Notes: a model not told the origin generated them from the letters alone. A DNA stretch of 64,000 bases from an uncultured archaeon (GCA_964510585.1 CAZECW010000187.1:31912-95911), one strand, 5' to 3'. Counted from the first letter of the stretch, positions 47,545 through 57,829 are shown. Translations and numbers: made by a program.

Positions 47545-49599
47545 ATGGTTAATATGATTAAGGCGTTCCACATTCTTCTGAAGTCCGGTGAGCCCCTTTT
47601 CCACAGGGTTTATGGTAAGGAGCAGGTTGATGAATCGCTTTTTTCGGGGTTTCTAGGCGCTGTTTACAACTTTGCTCAGGAACTGGGCCATGGAGATATT
47701 AAGACTGTGGAGGTTGGTGATGCAAGGTTCGTATGCGAAGTTTCTGAGAACTTGATTTTCGTGGCTGTTGTTGGAAAAGACGACGATGAACAAGAACTAA
47801 AAAATTTTCTAGGCTTTGCTTCTAGAGCCTTTGTTAACCGCTTCAGAGAGGAACTTAAAACATGGCGTGGAAATGTGTCTATCTTTAGGGAATTCACCCA
47901 AGAGTTAGATCACTTAGTGGAAGATTATCAAACGAAGCGCCTCCCCGGTAAGGTTAAACTGGTGCCTTTTCTAAGAGATTCTTCTGGGGGATCAAGTTAC
48001 CCCTTTGATGTGGAAATAGCCTCTGTTTTCTGTTTACTGGAAGATATAAGAGATCGTGGAGGGGGCTTTCTCTGGAAAAAGCCAGAGGAGGCGTTGAGGG
48101 GTATTGTAAGAGTTTTATGGCCTTTTTGGATAGTGCCTTTTGAGGATGGAGACCGGGGAGTTATAGTGGATGCTATGAGTATGGCGCCCCTCCAAATACG
48201 AACCAAGCGTTACTCGGCTTTAGATAAAGCTGATAATTTTCTCAAAATAAATAGTGTAGATGTGTTTGTAAATTCTCTTGAGGATCTAATATTGGATTTA
48301 GAAAGTGAGAAATCGGAGGAATTTCCACTATATGGATTTTTAGTTCCAGAGTTAGTTAAAGATTTGGAGATCAGCTTTTCTCAAGCCAGAGTGGGTGAGA
48401 CTAAGGATTATGTTGTAGTCCGCCCCCTTGTAACTCGCACCCAGACGGTTGAGAATAAAACTGTTTTTATGAAGTTAATTCAAGATTTGGAAACAAGTTC
48501 TCAAAGACTAATGGAAAAGGAAAATTTCTTAACATTAATAACTGAGAAGTGGCTTAAGGTAATAAATGAAAAGATGGTGGAGACCCGGGAAAGTTATAGA
48601 GTCAAAATAGAGGAAACAGTTAAGGATGTCGAGAAGCAGATTGGAATACTCTTACAGCTCAGAGAGGAGGAACTGAAAAAACTTGATGCTTGGTTTGCTG
48701 AAGCAGATAAGAATCTTATACTGGAAATAAAAGAATTGTTTGGTCCACTGATTGAGGTTTTAGAAGATGTGGCGCTGAAATCCACCGAGGAGATAGGAAA
48801 GTCAATCGATGAAAAAATTAGTGTGTTGGAAGTTATAGAGGGGAGAATTCAAAAATTAGCCAACGTTTCGGAGTATATGAATAAGACCAAGAAATTGGTG
48901 GAGAACATTTCTAAGAGTATAAAGAAAATTGATTCAACTATTGAGAAAATAAACAAGAAAATAGAAGTTGACAAAAATTCCATTCTGAAAGACTTTGACA
49001 GAAAAATCATGGAACAAAACAGTCGAGTAGACTCGCTAAAAGAAGAAGCAAAAGATGTCCTCAGCAAACAACAGTTTTTAATGGATAGAATTACATCTAA
49101 ACTCCAAGAATTAAGGCAGCTGATTCAACGTGAACGCAAAGAAGTCGACCGGCTTTTAAAATTGTTAACTTCATTGATAATTAAATTGCCGGACAAAATA
49201 TTTTCTCCATCTCTATTTTATATCCCCCTATATATTGGAAAATTCGAAGATACGAAGCAAGAAAGATTTTTTGTGGTACCCCCATTAGTTCTGCTAAAAT
49301 CGAATGAAACTATTAGTTGTGACTTTGGACAGAAAACACTTCCCCTGGATCTACCTAACCCTGCGTTTCTAGAAGCTGTAAAACGAAAGGCTGAAACACT
49401 AATTAATGATAGTAAGGAGCTAAAATTAGAAATTCTAAAGGGGTTTAAAAAATCAAATCTAATAAATTCGCAACAAATAGAGACAAGCGTTTACGAGGGC
49501 TTAAACAATCTATTACGCCTCAATATTCTTACTGAGAAGGACTTTCAAATTTTGAAAGCTAGAGCCAAGGAGGTTTTTAGGACGGAGGAGAGAGTTTGA
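47545..49599 (+). CDS. large coiled-coil protein with N-terminal Roadblock/longin-like α/β domain
   Basis: The N-terminal roughly 110 aa has a βααββα pattern ('IKAFHILLKSGEPLF...FLGAVYNFAQELG...IKTVEVGDARFVCEVSENLIFVAVVG'). The remainder is heptad-rich and K/E-rich. Confidence 0.5.
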   Translation: MVNMIKAFHILLKSGEPLFHRVYGKEQVDESLFSGFLGAVYNFAQELGHGDIKTVEVGDARFVCEVSENLIFVAVVGKDDDEQELKNFLGFASRAFVNRFREELKTWRGNVSIFREFTQELDHLVEDYQTKRLPGKVKLVPFLRDSSGGSSYPFDVEIASVFCLLEDIRDRGGGFLWKKPEEALRGIVRVLWPFWIVPFEDGDRGVIVDAMSMAPLQIRTKRYSALDKADNFLKINSVDVFVNSLEDLILDLESEKSEEFPLYGFLVPELVKDLEISFSQARVGETKDYVVVRPLVTRTQTVENKTVFMKLIQDLETSSQRLMEKENFLTLITEKWLKVINEKMVETRESYRVKIEETVKDVEKQIGILLQLREEELKKLDAWFAEADKNLILEIKELFGPLIEVLEDVALKSTEEIGKSIDEKISVLEVIEGRIQKLANVSEYMNKTKKLVENISKSIKKIDSTIEKINKKIEVDKNSILKDFDRKIMEQNSRVDSLKEEAKDVLSKQQFLMDRITSKLQELRQLIQRERKEVDRLLKLLTSLIIKLPDKIFSPSLFYIPLYIGKFEDTKQERFFVVPPLVLLKSNETISCDFGQKTLPLDLPNPAFLEAVKRKAETLINDSKELKLEILKGFKKSNLINSQQIETSVYEGLNNLLRLNILTEKDFQILKARAKEVFRTEERV

Positions 49600-49609
49600 A
49601 AAATAAAAT

Positions 49610-50722
49610 TCAACCAATCAGTTCATATACTGTTGTTCTCTGAACTGGGATCCGTCCACAGTCTTTGATGAGGGCTATTATAGTTTCGGGGGGAAGATAC
49701 TCTCCACTAGGAGAGCCCGCAATTTTTGAAATATTTTCCTCGATTAATGTTCCCCCGAAATCATTCGCGCCCGCGTTTAAGCAGAACTGAGCAAATTTTG
49801 TGCCAAGCTTAACCCAGCTCACCTGGATGTTATTTATCAACCCGTCGAACATTAGGCGGGAAATAGCATAAACTTTCACATCTTCCATGCCCGTGGCGCC
49901 TGGCCGGGAGGAAAAATTCTTGTAGAGCTCTGTTTGTTGGTGAATGAAGCTGAGTGGAACAAACTCTGTGAATCCCCTAGTTCTCTTCTGTATATTCCTT
50001 AAAATATCCATATGGACTGCCTTGTCCCTACTGCTTTCTATATGCCCATACATCATAGTGCTTGAGGTCAATATTCCTAACCTATGGGCTTCCTCAATAA
50101 TCTTAATCCATTCCTTTACTGATATTTTCGTGGGGCAAATCACTTCCCTAACTTTATCCACTAATATTTCTGCTGCTGTTCCGGGCATGGAGTTTAATCC
50201 TGCTTCCTTTAGAATCTTTAAGACTTCGCGTGTGCTTAAACCTTCCTTTCTTGCAGCGTGGTATATCTCCATTGGGCTGAAGGCGTGAATGTGTATGTCT
50301 GAGCTAACCCTTCTCACTGCTTTTATTATTTCTATGTATAAGTCAAGGGTAGCTTCTGGGTGCAGTCCACCTTGAATGCAAACTTCGGTGGCTCTCATAT
50401 TTATTGCTTCGCGGGTTTTGTTTTCAATCTCTTTTGTTGATAAAAGAAATTGTTTCGGAGAGTCTTTGTCTTCCCTAAATGCGCAAAAACGGCATCTATT
50501 GATGCACACATTTGTAAAGTTAATGTTTCGATTTATGACGTAAGTTACAATGTCACCCACAGCTCTTCTCCTAATCTGATCTGCAACAAGGATTAGGGCT
50601 AGAAACTCTTGGCCAGTGCAATTGAACAGGAGTTCTGCTTCGTCTACTGAAGGGGGATGTCCATCTATGGCTTTTTGAAGTATGTGGGAAACTTCTCCAT
50701 TTATGTTATCTAGCAAATTCAA
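49610..50722 (-). CDS. cofH: radical-SAM FO synthase subunit 2 (CofH-like; MqnC/MqnE family not excluded)
   Basis: 'NINFTNVCINRCRFCAFRED' is present. The gene is paired with and overlaps a CofG-like gene. Confidence 0.6.
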   Translation of the reverse strand: MNLLDNINGEVSHILQKAIDGHPPSVDEAELLFNCTGQEFLALILVADQIRRRAVGDIVTYVINRNINFTNVCINRCRFCAFREDKDSPKQFLLSTKEIENKTREAINMRATEVCIQGGLHPEATLDLYIEIIKAVRRVSSDIHIHAFSPMEIYHAARKEGLSTREVLKILKEAGLNSMPGTAAEILVDKVREVICPTKISVKEWIKIIEEAHRLGILTSSTMMYGHIESSRDKAVHMDILRNIQKRTRGFTEFVPLSFIHQQTELYKNFSSRPGATGMEDVKVYAISRLMFDGLINNIQVSWVKLGTKFAQFCLNAGANDFGGTLIEENISKIAGSPSGEYLPPETIIALIKDCGRIPVQRTTVYELIG

Positions 50723-51855
50723 TTTTTACACTTCCTGTAACCTTTTTCGTCTGCCAATTTGTGGATGAGGGGGGCAACCTTACCAGAAACATAGCCTTTT
50801 TGTATATATTTCGGATAAATTGGTAATCTTTCTACCAGTCTGAACTTATTTTCTCCAGTTATTTTTTCAAGCTTTTGCCTAGTTGGCCAAGGATTATTTG
50901 GATTAATTTCATCCGAGGTTACGGGTGAGATTCCTCCCCAGTCATTCATCCCCGATACAAGTAGCTCACGTTCGCGTCCAATGTTTAAATTTGGGGGAAT
51001 CTGAATACTCGTTTCGCCTTTAAAAACTAATCGGGTAATAGCTGCGGTTAGCATAATGTCGCTTAAACTTGGCGGCTGCGCCTTTTCCATAGGTGTGCCT
51101 GGTATTGGAGTGAAATTCTGAATTATTATTTCCTGTATGTGGTCATATTTCTCATGGAGCTCTTTTAAGGCGAATATGCTTTCTATTCTCTCCTCAACTG
51201 TTTCTCCTATTCCTAGAAGGATGCCAGTTGTGAAGGGTACCTTTAACTCTCCCGCATATTTTATAGTTTTGATTCTTCTTTCAGGTAATTTTCCAGGGCT
51301 GTGCTCATGTGGTTCCCCTACTCCGCATAGTCTCTCACTACAGTTTTCCAGCATAAGGCCCATACTGGCATTTACCTGTTTTAGCTTTTCAATCTCCCGT
51401 TTCTCCAGGATTCCCGGATTACTGTGAGGAAGCAATCCCACATCTAGTGCCAATAGACAAAGATCGTAGAGATAGTCCACCATTGAGGAGTATCCCCAAT
51501 CCTCAAGTAAATCTCTAACTTCGGGATACTTTTCTTCGGGTTTCTCACCAAAGGTGAAGAGGGCTTCAGTGCACCCCGCCCTTTTTCCACTAATTAAGAG
51601 ATTTTTTACTTCTTCGGGGCTCAAAATCCTCGCAAGCGGATCCCCCAGCTCCTTTCGAAAACCACAATAACTGCAACGGTTTCTACAAATATTTGTTAGG
51701 GGAATAAAAACGTTTAGAGAAAATGTTACAATGTCACCATAATACTTTTTCCTTATTCTATTAGCTGCATCACATACAGCCCGAAGATTTTTTTCACTTG
51801 ATAAATTTAGTGCTTCCTCAAATGTTAAGTCCTCGAAATCAATATTCTTGAGCAC
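50719..51855 (-). CDS. cofG: radical-SAM FO synthase subunit 1 (CofG-like)
   Basis: 'NVFIPLTNICRNRCSYCGFRKE' is present. There is a 4-bp overlap with the cofH-like gene. Confidence 0.6.
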   Translation of the reverse strand: MLKNIDFEDLTFEEALNLSSEKNLRAVCDAANRIRKKYYGDIVTFSLNVFIPLTNICRNRCSYCGFRKELGDPLARILSPEEVKNLLISGKRAGCTEALFTFGEKPEEKYPEVRDLLEDWGYSSMVDYLYDLCLLALDVGLLPHSNPGILEKREIEKLKQVNASMGLMLENCSERLCGVGEPHEHSPGKLPERRIKTIKYAGELKVPFTTGILLGIGETVEERIESIFALKELHEKYDHIQEIIIQNFTPIPGTPMEKAQPPSLSDIMLTAAITRLVFKGETSIQIPPNLNIGRERELLVSGMNDWGGISPVTSDEINPNNPWPTRQKLEKITGENKFRLVERLPIYPKYIQKGYVSGKVAPLIHKLADEKGYRKCKN

Positions 51856-51905
51856 GACCCAAGCCCTCTTTCCTTAAGTTGAATTGTAAATATTGGTTGA
51901 ATCTG

Positions 51906-53045
51906 CTATAGGGAGGGAGTATTTTTCTTTTTGGCAGATGGGAAGGAGCCCATTATTTTTACTTCTCCTGCGCTTTTGCTAATATTCATTATTGCCTCCT
52001 TAACCTTGGGGTCTTTTCTGTGGCCTTCCAAATCCACAAAAAATATGTAGTCCCCTAGAACTCTTTTTGAGGGTCTAGACTCGATTCTTGTAAGGTTAAT
52101 GTTTCTTTCTTTGAACTGCTCTAAAACTTCGCATAAAGCACCAGGTCTATCCTGCAATAGAAATATGGCTATGGAGGTTTTATCTTGGCCTGTTGGTTCA
52201 GTGTCTTCAGAGGCTATTACTGCGAACCGGGTTTCATTGGTTTGTTCATCCTGTATTCCCTCAGCGAGCACAGTCATTCCATAAAGTTTTGCGGCTGCTA
52301 GGCTACCGATGGCCGCTATGTTTGTGTCTTCTTCTTCTGCAACTATCTTAACCGCTTCTGCAGTGCTAAGAGTTTCATATAGATGTGCATGTGGTAGCTT
52401 TTTGGCTAGAAATGTTCTACACTGGGCCAAAGCCTGTGGATGAGAGTAAACCTTAGTTATTTTGTCAAGGCTTATTTTTTCTTTTGAAATTAAATTGTGT
52501 ACCACGGGGAGGATGATTTCTCCACAGATCTTCGCCTCGCTTCGAGCTAAGAGATCTAGGGTTATCGTTACACTGCCTTCAACTGAATTTTCAATGGGAA
52601 CGATTCCAATGTCTACATGTTTATTTTCCACCGCAGAGATTATACTTGCGATTGTTGACATAGGAATCAGTTCCGCTTCGGTTCCCGCTGCGTACTTTAG
52701 GGCGGCTTCCTCTGTGAAGGTTCCACGTGGGGATAGATAAGCAATTTTTTTGACTTCACCCCTCACCTCGCCTTCCGTTCTTCTTCCATAGTCAATGATT
52801 TCAAGGAAAATCTTATTCACAAAACTGGGATCTAAGCCCATTTCGACTGCCCTTTTTTCACTATTGGCAATTACTTGTGTTTCTCTTTTCTGGTCTCTAA
52901 TCTTCAGTTTCAAGCTTGACTTTACTTTGGCCAGCTCCCTGATCTTATCTCTTCTCTGTGCTAAAAGCTCCACTATCTGTGAATCGATTTCGTCTATTTT
53001 CTTTCTAATGGCTGCCAATTTATCTTCATAATTTTCTGATGTCAC
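51906..53045 (-). CDS. pheA: bifunctional chorismate mutase / prephenate dehydratase (P-protein) with ACT domain
   Basis: The N-terminal CM helix 'LAAIRKKIDEIDSQIVELLAQR', the PDT 'IAYLSPRGTFTEEAA' and a C-terminal ACT domain are present. Confidence 0.8.
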   Translation of the reverse strand: MTSENYEDKLAAIRKKIDEIDSQIVELLAQRRDKIRELAKVKSSLKLKIRDQKRETQVIANSEKRAVEMGLDPSFVNKIFLEIIDYGRRTEGEVRGEVKKIAYLSPRGTFTEEAALKYAAGTEAELIPMSTIASIISAVENKHVDIGIVPIENSVEGSVTITLDLLARSEAKICGEIILPVVHNLISKEKISLDKITKVYSHPQALAQCRTFLAKKLPHAHLYETLSTAEAVKIVAEEEDTNIAAIGSLAAAKLYGMTVLAEGIQDEQTNETRFAVIASEDTEPTGQDKTSIAIFLLQDRPGALCEVLEQFKERNINLTRIESRPSKRVLGDYIFFVDLEGHRKDPKVKEAIMNISKSAGEVKIMGSFPSAKKKNTPSL

Positions 53046-53215
53046 TTCTCACACCAATCTACGACTTAAGAATGCAGATTACTTTTTTAGATTTATAACT
53101 TTCTGTTAGGTAGCATTGGGACTTGCAAAACCAATATATTGTCCTTCGAGTCTCTTTTCAATATTAAGAAATTTAAGTCCTTTGACCTATTTCCGGAATT
53201 TACGGTGCCTAAAAA

Positions 53216-53997
53216 TGTGTAAATTGTTAGCCTTATCTTGTAGTAGTGAAGAAGATAACAAAAGTATTTTAGAAGCCTTTGTTAAAAAATTTGGGTCTAC
53301 AAATCCAGATGGTTGGGGAATGGCCTATCTGGACGAATCAACTGGACTATACTGTATCAAAAAGGTTTACCATAGGGACCGAAGACGGTTGGAGGAGACT
53401 TTCTTCCGTGATTTAGGAGAGGTAAAAACTAGGTCGTTAATCGCTCATTTACGAAAGGCATCGATCGGTCGGAAGAGTCAAGAGAACTGTCATCCCTTCG
53501 AAGGATACATAGATAACCACCAATTTATCTTTGCACATAATGGTACTGTGTGGCCCAGAAAAGTTCTTGAATCTAAACTAGTTAACCATAAACCAAAATC
53601 TGATGATCCCACGGATTCAGAACTGGTTTTCTGCTACATTATGGAAGTTTTAGAAGAAAGAGGCGTCAATCTGAACTCGTGGCGGGATATGGTTGAAACT
53701 ATAAATAGTGTAGTTTTAAGCATCCGCTCAGAGGCCCTCATTACTAAATTAAATTTTATACTCGCCGATAAAAGTTACATATACTGCTACAACTGGGGTG
53801 AACTCCAATATTCACTAATGGAGGAAAGCACCAATTGCAAACTTCCCAACGAAACATTCTCCCCCTGTAATGGAAAATTTTTAGTGTGCAGTAGACCTCT
53901 ACTAGAAAACTCTTCTTGGAACTCCGTACCTCCAAAAACCATTTTGGTTCTGCGAGAGGGAAAAATACAATTCTCAAGCAAAAATACTAGATTCTAG
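53216..53997 (+). CDS. class-II (Ntn) glutamine amidotransferase domain protein
   Basis: The internal start 'MCKLLALSC' places the Ntn nucleophile Cys at position 2. 'GWGMAYLD' is a GATase_2 motif. Confidence 0.6.
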
Positions 53998-54141
53998 GTA
54001 GCTAATTTTTAAATTAAACCCAAATATATATAATTATAAGATGTACTCCTAACAATTAATTTAGATTTAATGATAATTGGCTATTTAAAAAAATAGACCA
54101 ATTTTCTATGAAGCATTATCCGTTTTTGGAGGGTAACCCAA

Positions 54142-55428
54142 TTGAAAGCACTAGTACTGGCGGGCGGAACAGGTAAAAGACTCTTCCCCCTAACAGAGAC
54201 TCTTCCCAAATCCATGATTCCACTGGCTGGGAAACCGGTGCTGGAGTATGTTATAGAATACTTGGTTCACACCAACTTGAATGACATCATCATTGTGGTG
54301 GGGCCTAAAAAGGAGCAAATTTGTGATTACTTCTCAACAGGTAAGGATTTCGGGGCAAATATTTCGTATGTAGAGCAAAAGAGACCGGTGGGAGTGGAGG
54401 ACGCGATTCTCACCGCTCTACCCGTATTAGAAAAAGAGGAGGAATTCCTAATTGTTCATTCTGATTTTGTTGCCTCCAGCGAAATAATCCGTAGAGCTAT
54501 AGAATATCATAAGGGTTTAGATTCAGATGCCACTATTGTGATTACCTTGGTTGACGATCCTACTCTTTATGGTGCGGTGGAAATTGATGAAAACGCGAGA
54601 ATAAAGAGAATTATTGAGAAGCCTAAAAAAGAGGAGGCCCCAAGCAACTATGCTGCAGCAGGAGTTTATGTCTTTAAGGGGGAGTTCCTAAAGAAATTAG
54701 AGGAAACAAAGAGATTCGACACATCTGTCCAATCAATGATACAGGAGGATAAAACAGTTTATGGTATGGTTTGGGAAAAGGATTGGACCGAGATAACCTA
54801 TCCTTGGGATATTCTAGAGGCTAATCGATTCATTCTGGCTCAAAGGCTTAAGGGTAAGGGCTCTTTTATTGCAGAGAGCGCGCAGATTGACAGCACTGCC
54901 AAAATAGAGGCTCCGGTTTGGATTTGTGACGACGTGATAATAAGGCCTCGCGCGGTCATAAGAGGCCCCTGTTTCATTGGTCCAGACAGTTTTATTGGTG
55001 ATGGAGCCCTAATAAGAGACCACACCTCAATAGGTAAGCATGTTTCCATAGGGTTCGGAGTAGAAATAAAGAATAGTATAATAATGGATGACTCTTCTGT
55101 TGGAAGATTGAGCTATATTGGCGAGAGTATAATAGGGAGATCAGTTAAAATAGGGGCGGGAACCCAGACGTGGAATATTAAAATGAGGGGAGGCCCCCCA
55201 ATAGAAATGAATATTGATGGTAAAAAAGTTCCAGTACCCGCAGAAAGATTCGGTGCCATTATAGGGGAGAATGCCGAAGTAAGCATTAACGTGTCAATAT
55301 TTCCAGGCAAAAAAATTGGAGCGGGGTCAACAGTGTTTCCCGGAGTGATAGTTGAGGAGGATGTTCCTTCATATTCAGAGGTAAGAGCCAAACAAGAAAT
55401 TGAAACCATAGCAAAAAAGGGATTCTAA
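54142..55428 (+). CDS. sugar-1-phosphate nucleotidyltransferase with C-terminal left-handed β-helix (GlmU-like)
   Basis: 'KALVLAGGTGKRLFPLT...PK.MIPLAGKP' is an NTP-transferase motif. Hexapeptide repeats occur in the C-terminal half. Confidence 0.7.
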   Translation: MKALVLAGGTGKRLFPLTETLPKSMIPLAGKPVLEYVIEYLVHTNLNDIIIVVGPKKEQICDYFSTGKDFGANISYVEQKRPVGVEDAILTALPVLEKEEEFLIVHSDFVASSEIIRRAIEYHKGLDSDATIVITLVDDPTLYGAVEIDENARIKRIIEKPKKEEAPSNYAAAGVYVFKGEFLKKLEETKRFDTSVQSMIQEDKTVYGMVWEKDWTEITYPWDILEANRFILAQRLKGKGSFIAESAQIDSTAKIEAPVWICDDVIIRPRAVIRGPCFIGPDSFIGDGALIRDHTSIGKHVSIGFGVEIKNSIIMDDSSVGRLSYIGESIIGRSVKIGAGTQTWNIKMRGGPPIEMNIDGKKVPVPAERFGAIIGENAEVSINVSIFPGKKIGAGSTVFPGVIVEEDVPSYSEVRAKQEIETIAKKGF

Positions 55429-55435
55429 TTTAGAA

Positions 55436-56062
55436 TTGTCCGTGATACCTATGTTGGATGCTTTTTATCAAAAATTAGGTGAGGACATCAAAACCGCTAA
55501 CGATTTGGAGAAGAGGGGGGATTTTAGAGCTGCGGCGAAACTTTGGATTGAGATAGCTGAATACTGCTTAAAATTTGCTAGATCTGAATATGCTTCTGAG
55601 GAAATTAGAAAAAACCTTATTGAGAGGTCTGAAGGCTATATTGAGCATGCAAAAATGCTAAAAATTAGACCAGCACCCTTAAAGGGCTCCATAGAAAAAA
55701 GCTCCCAAGCAATAGACTATTTGGAAAAAGCTTTGGATGATAAGGTTAGAGCTGATAAACAGTGGATGGCCCTTGACCTAAACTCGTACATAATGACTAT
55801 GTTTAGTGTAATTGAAAAACTCCTCTACCACGTTTATATATCCAAAACGGGTAATCTTCCAAGCCTCGAAGAAACATTTACTTCTCTTGTTAAATGGGCC
55901 TACAGGGAAGGAATCATCAGTGATCACCCCGACAATATTGAATTCGTTAGGCTCCTTTACGAAAAATTATCCAAAAAATCGCAAAAAATAACTAGTGAAC
56001 AGGCTATGGAAGCAAGAGAAATAATGGAGCGAGTGTATAAAGAGTTATGCGAAAACCTATAA
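55436..56062 (+). CDS. MIT-domain protein (standalone; no AAA domain)
   Basis: Residues about 10-80 form a three-helix pattern that aligns by eye with Vps4/spastin MIT domains ('DLEKRGDFRAAAKLWIEIAEYCLKFA...RKNLIERSEGYIEHAKMLK'). Confidence 0.45.
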   Translation: MSVIPMLDAFYQKLGEDIKTANDLEKRGDFRAAAKLWIEIAEYCLKFARSEYASEEIRKNLIERSEGYIEHAKMLKIRPAPLKGSIEKSSQAIDYLEKALDDKVRADKQWMALDLNSYIMTMFSVIEKLLYHVYISKTGNLPSLEETFTSLVKWAYREGIISDHPDNIEFVRLLYEKLSKKSQKITSEQAMEAREIMERVYKELCENL

Positions 56063-56076
56063 TTTTCGCATGCCTT

Positions 56077-56778
56077 CTACTTCTTTTTCCAAACCTTCTT
56101 TATTTCCTCTTCAGAGGCTAGTCTGAAGGTTTGAGTTTCTGCGTCAATGATGCCTAAATCTATGTCTTCAGGCTGAAGGTTTTCAGAAACTTCTCTCAAG
56201 GTGTCTACCGCCAGTTTTAACATTTCACTTATCGACATATCCTCTTTATACCCTGCTTTCAGAATTTCCAAAGCCTTAGGTTCATTAGCCCCAACCGCTG
56301 CAGCTTTGCTTTTGGTCAAGGCTCCCGAAGTGTCTATGAGAACTATTTCCGGGCCCCCTCTGCTTATTCCTCCAAAAAGTAAGGCACATCCAAATGGGCG
56401 TGTTCCTCCTAACTGTGTAAAGCGCTGCATGAGACGCCCTAGCCTTTGGGCAAGTGTACTAACATCTATTTTTTCATCGTATGTTACTCTATACGATTGA
56501 GCTATGATTCTTGCTCTGTCAAGTAGAAGTCTTGAATCCGACATGTATCCGGCACTTGTGGCGCCTATGTGGTCGTCTATTTTCAAAACTTTTTCATGGG
56601 ATTCAAGCAGTTTGCTATGTGTTTTCGCCACCCCTGCCAATACCACGCCCTTAGATGTTTTTATTCCGACAGCCGGCGCTCCTTTTTTAACTGCTTCGCT
56701 GGAATACTCCACTTGAATAATACGCCCTTCAGGAGAGTACATGGTGCTACTTTTATCATAATCCATCTCGTCGGACAT
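56077..56778 (-). CDS. psmA: proteasome α subunit
   Basis: The α-type N-terminal extension 'YDKSSTMYSPEGRIIQVEYSSEAVKKGAPAVGIK' and an Ntn-hydrolase body are present. Confidence 0.85.
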   Translation of the reverse strand: MSDEMDYDKSSTMYSPEGRIIQVEYSSEAVKKGAPAVGIKTSKGVVLAGVAKTHSKLLESHEKVLKIDDHIGATSAGYMSDSRLLLDRARIIAQSYRVTYDEKIDVSTLAQRLGRLMQRFTQLGGTRPFGCALLFGGISRGGPEIVLIDTSGALTKSKAAAVGANEPKALEILKAGYKEDMSISEMLKLAVDTLREVSENLQPEDIDLGIIDAETQTFRLASEEEIKKVWKKK

Positions 56779-57004
56779 TAGACGTCTCCTCTTATATTTT
56801 GACCTATATCCTATAGGAATTGAAAGTTTCTAAATATTTCCCAAATCCTTGCAATTACCTAATTTTTAAATCTTTTTAATTTCGCATTATTTGTACTATG
56901 CGAATCTGTTTCTAAACTCTAAATCCACTAGTTAAAGCAGGGTGTGTTAGGAACGACTGAAGTTTCCACTAATCCATTCAATCCTCAGTTTCTATACTGG
57001 AATT

Positions 57005-57829
57005 TTACTTGCTAGAAATTTTTTTGAGCACATCTTGAATATCATATAAGCAGGTTAAGACACTTTCTATATCAAGTATATCCTGCTGGAGCAAGTTGCC
57101 AGCACGTGAAAGATCTATCTGTAATCTGAGCATAAAGGGCGAAAAACCTTCATTTAATTCAGGGTTTTCCGTATAAATCGCCGCGTGTATCAAGTCAACG
57201 CCACCAAAGCCCAGGTCGAAAAGCAAGTCGTCAACTTTCAAAAGAAATTCGACTATTCGTTGCTTATCACCCTTGGTGCGTAGTTCTGCCTCGGCATCAG
57301 ACAGACTCTTACTAATCTCGTCCAGCCTCTTTTTCAGAGAATCCGTGTTTATAGGCATCTCCTCTCGATACATTGTTGCCTCTGGACAGAAATTAAACCA
57401 CCACTCAAGGTAGTGCGCTGTGCTGCAAAAGAATTTTTTATCATGATTTAATGGCTCCACGGAAACAGTGTACATGCATTCTTCACCACAAATAGTGCAA
57501 ACCCCAGCCCCATCTTGATATGGTCTAATATCTCCACAAAAAGGTACACGAACGTACATAGCGTCGCCTTTAGGGGGTAAAAGTTTGGGGGGAATTTGCA
57601 ACTCTTTACTGAACGGTTTTGAGTCTAATTCGGCAAATATTGCAGTCCAGACCGGGCCTCGTGGAGTTCTAACTAAAAGAGGGTTTCTTCTCGGGTGGTT
57701 GTTGCAATATGTCCAATACGGATCTTCGATTTTGAATTTTCTAACCTCACAGAAGGGCTCTTGGCTTTTATCACTATTTGCTTTATTGAATTTACAGGTT
57801 CCACAGCAATCGCTGCCACCATTAGGCAT
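57005..57829 (-). CDS. cysteine-rich hypothetical protein (N-terminal Cys cluster, C-terminal helical domain)
   Basis: 'CCGTCKF...C..C' is followed by multiple further Cys residues. There is no family match by eye. Confidence 0.3.
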   Translation of the reverse strand: MPNGGSDCCGTCKFNKANSDKSQEPFCEVRKFKIEDPYWTYCNNHPRRNPLLVRTPRGPVWTAIFAELDSKPFSKELQIPPKLLPPKGDAMYVRVPFCGDIRPYQDGAGVCTICGEECMYTVSVEPLNHDKKFFCSTAHYLEWWFNFCPEATMYREEMPINTDSLKKRLDEISKSLSDAEAELRTKGDKQRIVEFLLKVDDLLFDLGFGGVDLIHAAIYTENPELNEGFSPFMLRLQIDLSRAGNLLQQDILDIESVLTCLYDIQDVLKKISSK

